DNA of 45,221 bases, filler included, from Jimgerdemannia flammicorona (taxonomy: Eukaryota): NCBI GenBank assembly GCA_003990765.1. It is 2 parts of 2 records of this genome, joined end to end, with 100 filler letters (N's around TTAATTAATTAA, not from the genome) between each part and the next. Parts side by side here need not be neighbours in the genome. Positions count along the whole stretch, not along the records: positions 22,665 to 45,221 come from RBNJ01001249.1; 1 more part is not named here. One strand, 5' to 3'. Below are positions 35,415 through 45,221 of this stretch, in pieces. Each line of letters begins with the position of its first letter. Position 1 is the stretch's first letter. A model generated the notes under the pieces. That model saw only the letters and a program-made list of their open reading frames with translations, did not search any database and was not told where the DNA came from. A program made the position numbers and the translations under genes.

Positions 35415-38400
35415 ATGAAGCTTTCTTGCTCATTTTGTAACCTAAAGTATAAATCAGTCTTGAGATTAACTTGATATATCTGCAAGATCCATGATGTACT
35501 TACATGATATTAGAATGACAAGTCTATTCTTGAATTTCTAGTTTATCAAGATTTTAGTAACTTTAACATTACACTACCATTGTCTATGAATTCATCTATA
35601 GTTCATAAGTTAATCTTGAATTCCACATATATTTCTAGTTCAAGCAACCCATATAAATAAACTTGGAAAATTTCAGATAATTATGCTAAGTATACATATA
35701 ATATAAGATACTATTAGCAGTAATGATCTATTTTCAATTTAAGAACAGGAAAGCCTATTGTTCAGCAAAACTGATAATTTAATTCAAAAGAAAAGACAAT
35801 TCTGCAGAGAGAATGACAATTTAATTCAAGATCAGAGAAGCCTATCTACTATATTGAAGTTCAGCAAGAATTATATTATCTACACACTAACTAGTAGTCA
35901 GATTATCAATAGTAAGGAAGTACTTATACAGTATAATAAATTTATTTCTAAACTTAGATAAGTACCTATAACTGATGTAAACAATCCTTTATATTCTTGG
36001 AAGAATGATAGAGAAATTTGGCTCATGAATTTATTGTTTTGAAGTAGAAATATATCCTGGAAGGTTGTAGATGAACTTCTTAATATATTTGTAGATACAT
36101 AGAAGAATTGCAATAGTGAATAGGTTTCTCCAGTTTGCAAACTCAAGAGAGATAATAAAACTTTTAGATATAGTAGCTAAAAATAGAGTAATACATAATT
36201 AAACAGTTATATACCTATTAAATTAATAAATATTCAGTAATTCTATTTTTTAAATTAGCCCTTCAATTGCAAAGATTTTAACATTACTCATTTGTCCAAA
36301 ACTTGGACTGGTGAATATATGCTGTTCCATTGAGATCTACTTACTGTTCTATATAAGTTTATGTTAGATACTTTGTTTAAGGATAATATGAGATTTAAAG
36401 CAGAGAAACACTATATGGTAGATGGTATATAAAAGTACTCCAAGATATATTGGAGTGATTATTGGTATCAAATACAAATAAAATATTAATTAATTTTAAG
36501 TTTGCAGGTGATCAGTTAATATACTCATTATTTGTAGACTATAATTCTTTTTCCAAACTATAGGAAAACTTTCACTTAGTACAATAATATTCCTAATATT
36601 ACTTGAGATTGACCAAATACATTGAGATCTGCTTGAACATACCAAAATATATCTGCTATATATTTCTATTAGCAACCTCTCTAAATATATTTAGTGAACA
36701 TACTTACAAAATGTATTTCCAGTATTTGCATATTTTAATTATTAAAGGATCTCTCAAGGAGACTGAAAAAGACTCCTTCTATAAAGTAAAAGTAGTTTTA
36801 TATTATATATATATATTATGGATACTTTGTAGACTCTCTGTAATAAGAAAAATATAATACATATATATGATTATAAAATTGTTAAGATAAAAATTTTAGT
36901 ATTTGATAGCTGATCATGAATATATTTGGTAGTATTATAATATATAGACTAGATAGTAAACTTCATAATTACTATCCTATAGTTATGTCCTTCATGGTCA
37001 ATTATTCAGATATGTTTAATCTATCTGTTCTATATAAATTAAATCTGCTCAAAATGTTTAGCTCCTCACTTGCAATTTTTATGTCTTAATAAGATATATC
37101 CTTTATAAATAGTTTCTGAGATATAGAGAGTAGTTGTAAATATACAGATTTATAATTTGAAAGGCAAACATAAAATAGCTGAGAAGAGTCTTCAAGAGTA
37201 TAGATTGTGGAGATCAACTATATATATTTATTTTGCTTATTTTCAAATACATAAATATTTTTACTAACAATTATATATCTGTCAACCAAACTTCAGAATA
37301 TGCTATGGGAACTACCTCTTATAAATATTTATTCAATAATTATATCTGATATGCTTCATCAAGTGAAAAAGGTATCTGGGAATACCTGGTCAATATAACT
37401 CTTAATCTTTTCAAGAGTTCATTTGATATACATATGACAAGCCTACTTATACTAGAGTTAAATCTCCATATTTGACTTGTCTCAAGATTCTGAACTCAAA
37501 AACTTCTCAACTGGAATTTCAAATCTTAGTTAAATAATTACAACTGAATATCAACAACTGATATATATGAGTATTATATATATTAAGATGAGTTTATAAA
37601 CTGTTTATAAACTCTTTAACTAAAAAAAAATATTCTTTTAAAGATATTCCTCCTATATATAAGAGGGATTTTCAAATCACTTAGTATTGTCAAATGTCTC
37701 ACAATATTCATTGAGTGGTACTTCTATATCTCATCACTAGTCCAGACTGAAACAATATCTGTAGATCAAGATATGCTATTATTTCAATTTAATAAACTAA
37801 AAGAACAGTTCACAGAGATCTCACCAAGTTTACTAAACTTTGAAAAACTTCACTCTCTGCAGTATATTTCTAAGTTAACTCAAACATTTGGTATACAAGG
37901 TAATACTAATACAGAGATAACTGAACATCAATATTGTATGGAAGTTAATTTACCATATTGATGAATAAATAAATGTGATTCTCATCCTTAAGTTATTAAG
38001 TTTGTAGATTGCCAAACAGTACTTGAGGACAAGCTTGGTCATATTATAATCAGTAAGTTCATAAACACATCAAGCTTTCTAATAACTGGGAAATACTGGC
38101 ACCTGAGGACTAGTATCATAAAGGTATATTTCATATCAATAAAGTTTCAAAATTATTTAGGCTAAATGACCTTGAACTTACCACTCAGATGTTTTTTTAA
38201 AACCTCTAGTTTATATCTAAAAATGAATATTATTATTGAGTAAATAGGAAGAATCTTCTCATACTTTCAAATCTACCAGTAAGTTATTTATACTAAGCTA
38301 GTATGTGAACTTTTTTGTAATATTTCTAATATCTCTCCTTGATCTCTATAGATTAATATCTTTACCACTTTATTAATTAGAGTTTATGACCCATTTGCAG

Positions 38401-38450
38401 ATACAAAATTAGGTTTAGCTATATTTTATCAACTTATTTCCTATAAGTGA
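35415..38450 (+). pseudogene. Decayed Plavaka-type (CMC-related) DNA transposase with N-terminal C2H2 finger; probably intron-containing; 3' boundary approximate
   Basis: CSFC..Y...LT*YICKIH; NPLYSWKNDREIWL; LFH*DLLTVL..LFKDNMRF..YSKIYWSDYW; IADH; SDMLHQVKKG; NFSTGISNLS*ITTTEY; LNFEKLHSLQY...FG..GNTNTEITE. These follow the order I recall for fungal Plavaka transposases. Confidence 0.75.
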
Positions 38451-38509
38451 CAGATCTATGAGAGTTTACAATATGACTAGATAGTATTATATAATCTCAT
38501 AAGTTGTAT

Positions 38510-39636
38510 GGCAGGTTGCCCTAAATGGTGGTGAAGATATCTTGATATTTGTTGAGAAGTTCTACTAGTTGTTGCCATTGTCAAGATATCAATTCTTCTC
38601 CAATGTTAGTAGAAGGCTTCACTGTCTCCTGGGTCACAGAGGGGCTCTTTTCTTTCTTCTGGGTCCTTTTCCTGTTTCTCAATAAGTTAAGCTCATAGAC
38701 TTCTCTGTGAATTCAGTTGAGGAAGAGCACTAGATATCCTATAATAGTTCCTTTTGGCAAGATAATACTTTCCCAACTCTGGTTTGTTACTTAGGAGTGC
38801 ACTGGATTCATCTTGTCAGAGAATGTATATCCTTCTATGTCCAGATTCCAAATATCTTTATTAGGTTCAAAGAAGAGATTCCTGGGGTCAGATAATGCAT
38901 AGATTTTGAAGATAGTCTGCTCTCTAGGCTCCAGGATGAGATTCATGTGTAGTTTGACTGGTTGGTAATATACTTGCTAAGGGACATTCTTCTTGAGGTA
39001 GTTGATCTGAAGGAGATATACTTCCTTATTGTCTGAGCTTCCAAATCCTTCAGCTTTCCTTGTTCATTCAGTCAGTTTGAGGACTTCTTATAATTGTGGA
39101 GACTTGACTTCTATGAAGACTGCTTGGACAATCTTCTGTCCTCTAATAATTCAGTACTATTCTGTACTACTGTTATGCAGGATGATCTTGATTTCACCTG
39201 TGTATTCTAGGTCTATAATTTCTTCTTCTACAGTTATTCCCTATCTGGCAAGTCCAGACTTTGAGGTCAGTTGGATATAAGTTTCTTAGGGTGACTGTAC
39301 GGCTAGTCTGGTTCTGAACATCAATTTCTTCCAGATTTGATAGATTTATCCTCCAGACTGTAGAGGTCATACCCTATATCTTCTTGGTGGGCTTTGGTCA
39401 GAGGTTGGGCCTTGGGATGTAGCAGAGCATACTGGGTAACATCTTTGCTGAGTTCAGGCTGTCCTTGGGCCGAAGCTCCACTAGCAGGAAGTCTCCAGGC
39501 TCTGAGATTGAGGTGCAGCCATCTGGCTCCAGTAGAGGGATCTCAGAGATAATTGATTCTTCTATTTTCTATAGGGTCTAGGCCTTCCATGAATTTGGTG
39601 GCATCTTCTACCCATCTTTCTCTACTACAATTCACA
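38510..39636 (-). pseudogene. Gypsy pol fragment: dUTPase, spacer and start of RT
   Basis: LLHPKAQPLTKAHQEDIGYDL..EIIDLEYTGEIKIILHN..RKAEGFGSS (~39030-39430); QQLVELLNKYQDIF (~38540). Confidence 0.8.
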
Positions 39637-39787
39637 TTACACACACTTTAATAACACACTTTCAAGTTGTTTATTGGAGAAAGATATTAAGACAATATTG
39701 ACCAGCAAGTAAGCCAATATACATACTAGGTCAGGCAGACCTAGGGCCTTCAACTGGCAGTATGTCAGGAGGGGGTATAGGCTGGAG

Positions 39788-41731
39788 ATGGGGTCTTTTG
39801 GTGGCTCAGGTGGGCAGGGCAGCTTTGGTAGTGGAAGCGGCACTGGTGGGGGGGCTGGAGGGCAGTAGGGAAGGAGCTTTGTGGACATGCTGAGGACAGG
39901 AGGTTGGCCAGTGGGAGATCACAGTGGACAGTCAGGAGGGAAGGAGAAGAAGAAGGTTGGGAATGCTGGAGGAGCTGGGCCTTCATTGGTGGGAGGTAGA
40001 GGAAGTGGAGTAGCTGCTGGGGGTAGTGGCAGGACTGCTGATGGTTGCATAATGGCAAATTAGGAGGAAAAAAAAAGAGATGTGATGGCTGATGGCCAGG
40101 GGGGGCAGGGGTTTCTGATGCGGAAGGGGGATCTGGCAGATGGTGTAATGGGACTAGTAGTGGCCCCATTACTCAAGAAGTCAATTTCAGAGTTCACCGC
40201 TACTTTGTGCTTCCAGGGCTTAGTGGTGATGGCGAGGATAGTCCTGGGGCTTATCTCGAAGCAGGTGGCTGGGGCAGCCTTGGTGAAGTTTTTGAAGGAT
40301 CTGGAGGGGGTCAAGGTGGGCTTTGAGGAGGCAGGCCCACTGGATGAGGCCCTGAAGACAAGAGTAGTAGTTGGGGAGGTGGTGGTCCCCATGGTGTGGT
40401 GCTTGCAATGGGACCCCAGGGTGGTGCAGTTTCTGGTAAGGGGGGTGCCCACAGTGACTAAGGAGGAGACTAGGAAGAGGGTGGAGGAGGTGACAGTTGA
40501 GTATGGTGATGTGGTGGACATTAGCTTTCAGGTGTGGGAGGGGACAACTATCAGGACAGGCAATGTCAATATCAGGATTTGGCTGACAGGCAAGGAGGCC
40601 ACAGGGAAGATGAGAGACTGGCCTTCAGTGCTGATGTGGGGGGCCTTCATCTGTAAGGTGTCAAGGGTGAAGGGGAGTGAAGAGGAGGAGGAGAACTTGT
40701 TGGAGGCTCTGGAGGAGTTGAGTGGAGCTGTGGAGAGGAGGGCAAAGGCCTGGAAGATGTATAAGGAGTTGATGCATCTGGAGGTTATGGATGGGAAGTA
40801 TGTCTGCACCAACAGGAAGCAGTGGGAGCAGGCACAGGGGCGCAGGAGGCAGAGGGAGTTGTTGGCAAGTATGACAGGAGGGGGGAAGATGAAGTTGGCT
40901 GGAGCTGTGTAGTCTAGAGGCATTGAAGCCAGTGTCTGGGCTGGTAAGGGAGGAGAGAAGGTGGAGATGAATGCAGAAGAGGCTGGGAAGATGCTGGGCA
41001 AGGATCCATATGCTGATGGTACCTTTGAAGTTTGGGAGCAGGAGTTGGATGGCACCTCCCCCCTACTTATCAGGAGGGGCTCGGTTGGGAAGAGAGGAGC
41101 AGTGGAAGATGTGTTGATGCAGGGGGCCCAGTGAGTTCACTTTGGGGTCCCAGATGTGGTGGAAGGGGGCCAGGTGGTGGCAGTTAGTGAGGATGAGCTA
41201 GTGGATGTCCCAGAGGAGGAGTGGGATGAGGCTGCCAGTGTAGGAGCTGACACTATGATGATGGATGCAGGGTGGCCTGGGACTCCTGAGGGGAAGGAGG
41301 TGGAGAACATACTGTGGATGAGCAAGGTGATGGATAACCTGGCAGCTGAGGCACTGGGAGAAGTGGACCTATGTATAATGCCTGAGGAGCATTGGGCATG
41401 GATTCTGTGAGGTGATGGAGTGGTGGAGGCACTGAAGGTGGAAATTCTTATAATCTTCCTGGAAGAGGAGGGATATGAGGTTGATGAGGTGAGGAAGGCA
41501 GAGCTGGTGGTTGTTGCTGGGGAATGGGCTGCCTATTGTTGGGCTGAGCATCATGGGTTGCAGCTCTGGCAGGAGGCCTGTCTGGAGTGTCATGAGGACT
41601 TTGAGGAGAAAGAGAATGGGGCAATGGTTGAACTTCTGTGAGGGTTGGAGGGGCAGGAAGCTGAGCAGAGGGAACTGGCTGTGGAATATACCTTGGACTT
41701 GGCATGGGAGGACTTGAATGTGGATTTGTAG
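39788..41731 (+). pseudogene. LINE ORF1 (~640 codons)
   Basis: MGSFGGSGGQG...; RRM-like VRGVPTV...EYGDVVDISF..RTGNV; acidic C-terminal half. Confidence 0.82.
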
Positions 41732-41762
41732 AGGATGAGTTTGATATATAATAATATTTCTT

Positions 41763-44700
41763 ATGAACAGTACAACTAACATTTTTTCACTTAATGTGAA
41801 TGGGCTGTAGGGTTCTGGGCAGTATAAGAACATTTTTACTTGGCTCAAGGGATTGGAGGCTGATCTCTTTCTACTGCAGGATGTACAGTGTGAGGATGAG
41901 GATAATCAGGTAGAGTGGACTAAGGAATGGGGCAGGGCTATTGCTTGGTTTGGAAAGGTGGTAATTCTGGTAAAGAAGGGTATGGGGGATTTGGGGGGAA
42001 TCAGGGACTGGGGTGATCACTTGGTCTAGGGAGAATGGTATAGGCCAGGGTGGGAATCAGTGAGGGTGGGCTCTTGCTACTGCCCAGCAGTTAGGGGCAA
42101 GAGGATTGCTTAGATCAGAGACCTGCTGGAGGAGGGTATTCTCTTGGAGAAAGATGTCGATGTTCTTGGTGGTGATTTTAACATAGTTCAGGATCTATGA
42201 CTGGATAGAACTGATGGAGGGAGGAATGCCAGTGGTAGGAGTGGTGGTCTGGATGTATGGGAGGAGGTGGAAAACCTTAGCTCCTTAGGGGATATGGGCC
42301 AAACATAGTGGGGTGACACCAGGGTCTACACCCTTTGGGTGAATGGATTAGGCATGAGAATTGACTGGATTTTGATAGCTGAATATTGGGGTGCTGATGT
42401 TTGGAAGACATTGGAGGTGGTGTGGTGCCCATGGTCTGACCACTGGGGACTGTTAGGGCAAGAGCAGTTTGGGAGGAGAAGGGATGGACCCAGACATTGG
42501 TGCCTTAACTCCTCCCTGCTGGCTGAGAAGGGGTTGTAGGACTCATGGGCAGAGGATGTTCAGGAGAAGATTCCTTTCTGGAGGCATGAGGGTCTGTCTG
42601 TGGATGTCTGTTAGATGAGATTGAAAGAGACTGTAAAGGCCTATTGGAGAGGAGCTGGTAGAGAGGCTGGGAGACAGAGAAGGAAGCAAATACAGTGTAC
42701 TTCTAATAGGCTGATGAGGTTGCAGAAGGAATGGGCTGATTTACTTGACTCTGATGAGGTGAAGGATTGGCAGTTTGAGCAGGCTAGATTGGAGATAGTG
42801 GAACCACAGCAGGTGTTGCGAGAGGAGGAGGAGACTCATATGTGAGGGATGGCTGCCAGGCTATGGTGGCAGGGGTTGGAGGAGAGAGAGGGGCCCACTA
42901 GGTACTTGACTAGGCTCCTTAAAGCTAGGAGGAAGCGACATCAGTGGGATGGGGTCTTTGATACTGAGGGGGAGTTGGTACATAGCACACAACAGATCTT
43001 AGGGATATTGAAGGAGAGATGGCAGGGTCTGTGGAGTGAGAAAGAAGGGGGTGCTGATGCGGAGGTGATTGAAGATACACTGGAGGAGTGGGAACTGCCG
43101 CAGATAGAGGGCCTAGGTGACTTGATATTATTAGTCCAAGAGGAGGAGATCCAGAGGGTCCTTGTGGCTACTAAGCTTGGGACTGTACTCAGGGAGGATG
43201 CGTTACCTTGGGACTTCTGGAAGAAGATGGCAAAGATCCCTGAAATGCTAGGAGAGATGGCTGCCCTCTGTGACCATATTCTTCTGTATGGCGAGTGGGT
43301 TGGAGAGCAGGACTTGGGGTTGGTGGCCTTATTATACAAAGATAAGGGCAGGCAAGAGGACTGAAAGAATTGGAAACCAATCATGCTTTTGGATATGGAC
43401 CAGAAGTTGGTGACAAAGTGATTGTTGCAAGGCTGTAGAAGGTTGCTCAACAGGTATTGGGTGAGGAGCAGTGGGGTTTTGTGGGAGGTAGGCTTATTAG
43501 AGATGAGACTGCCTGGGTGCATGGCATCATTGAAGGGGCTCAGACCTGTGAGCTAGATGGTAGGCTGGTCTTTTTGGATCAGGAGAAGGCCTATGATCGT
43601 GTCCAGTGGGTATGGCTGGGTAAGGTACTGGACAGAATTGGTGTCCCACTGCAGTTTCGGGCCTCTATGTTGAGTCTGTTAGAGGGCAGTAGGGTGGTGC
43701 TGATGTGCAATGGTCACAGGGGTTTGGCATTCCCCTTGGGGAGAGGAGTTCCTCAAGGAGACCCACTGTCCCTTATTCTGTATGTCCTTTCACTTGAACC
43801 TTTGATGGATAGGATCTGTCCGAAGGTGGCTGGGCTCTCAGTGTATAGTGTGGTGTGGAAGGTGGGGGCCTTTGCAGATGATATGGTAGTTGGGCTTGGA
43901 TCAGTAGCAGATGTCAAGGTGCTTACAGATACAGTGGAATGGTATGAGGCACACTCTGGGGCAAAACTCAACTGGCATAAGTGTGAGATATTGGTGTTGG
44001 AGAATGGGTTGGTGGGAGGGGACATCATTAGAACAATTGTTCCCACAGGAGAGGTGGTGTGGTATCTCAGTATCTTCCTTTCTATATATAGATCAGTCTT
44101 GCCACAGGTGTGGTGGGAGAGAAAGGTGGTCAATTGGGGAGAGACTCTGAGAGGTTGAGGGGGGCATCACATCTCCCTGGCAGAGCATATCACTTGGACT
44201 TTCCAGCCTAGATGGTGAAGAGGCTGATGAAGCTGGCTTGGGATTGGATTTGGGCAGGAAGAAGGTCGCAGATTAGTTGGGATACCCTTGGGGAGCCAGT
44301 GGTTAGGGGAGGCCTGGGTCTTGTAGATTTCCCTAGAAGGCTACACTGTCTGTGAGCTTGGTGGTTGAAAAGGGCAGTTGAACTAAGAGGAGGAGGTTGG
44401 GTTCTGCTGATGCAGAAGGTGTGGGAGATGAGGTTCTCACCCTGGGGATCCTCAGGAGACTTGCTCTCTCTGGTGGAGCTGAATGGAAGCCGACAGCTAT
44501 GGTATAAGGGCTTCTGGTGGGGGGTGGTGGATGGAGTGCACTGGATAGGCCTGCACTGGTGAGGCAATGAGGGAGAGGAGGTGCAGGGCCCTACTATATG
44601 GTGATGGAACCAACTGTTACTAGGGGGGGTTCCACTTGCAGAGTTTGATTTTGGTGATGGAGTGGAGTGTCAGTGGAGACTTGGCCAGGATCTTTGGCCA

Positions 44701-45221
44701 AGTAGTTGGCAGGTGGTAGGGATTGGTGAGGAGTGGGACTGGGTGGGAATCTGGGCCTGGAGTGCTGAGGTACAGCGGTGGCTTCCTTCCAAGTTCTGGG
44801 TGGTATGGTGGCAAATGCTGTGAAGGAATATTATGCTGAATTTCTGTGCTGGGCATCTGGTGGCTGGTGGCTGACTGGATTGTGAGGAGTGTTATAATGT
44901 AGGACAAGCTGGAGGCTGTGTGCAGATGCCAGAACATTGGCTGGGAGAATGCAAGATGTTGGGGGTCTTTTGGATAGCTATAGGATGCAGGCTGGGTGTA
45001 GAAAGGAGGCTGGATGGTGAGCAAGATCACTGGGAGGATTTGAAATCTAGGCTAGTGAGAGGAGTTGGCAACAGGTGGCTCACTGTAGGGTGGGTGATTG
45101 CGGTTTGGGTAGAGTTGGCTGGACATTGGCTATTTGTTTTTGAGGAAGGGTGACAGACAGAGTTGCAGGAGAAGTTAGTGAGGTGGGAGGATTTGATGGG
45201 TGATCTTCTTACTGGGTGGTG
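41763..45221 (+). pseudogene. LINE ORF2 (APE-RT)
   Basis: IFSLNVNGL, LLQD, GGDFN, RIDWIL, WSDH; DQEKAYDRV, GVPQGDPLS, FADD; EHWLGEC. Confidence 0.92.

Larger units (their letters stand above)
39637..45221 (+). mobile_element. L1/Tx1-like LINE, 5'-complete, running off the window end
   Basis: Colinear with the minus-strand copy at 22665-28458; ORF1 followed by ORF2. Confidence 0.93.

Overview
Eukaryotic, probably fungal, repeat-dense window made almost entirely of nested, mutationally decayed transposons. No intact host gene, RNA gene or CRISPR is visible. Contents: (1) two full-length Ty3/gypsy LTR retrotransposons, E1 (2665-9333, -) and E2 (13494-22129, +), each with a single gag-PR-CysHis motif-dUTPase-RT-RNaseH-IN polyprotein; (2) a further E2-family LTR at 1-1203; (3) older gypsy remnants, including a chromodomain-bearing chromovirus; (4) a third related element E3 (~28460-33005) and a separate dUTPase fragment; (5) three copies of an L1/Tx1-like LINE; (6) a decayed Plavaka-type DNA transposase; (7) an artificial 100-bp assembly spacer. 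The most notable feature is an accessory protein family that I do not recognise. It sits as an extra ORF overlapping the pol stop in E1, but as a ~270-codon ORF inside the U3 of the 1467-bp LTRs of E2, and a diverged homologue lies in the presumed LTR of E3. E1 and E2 share PBS, leader and PPT but have dissimilar LTRs. All assignments come from manual translation and motif recognition; no searches were run.
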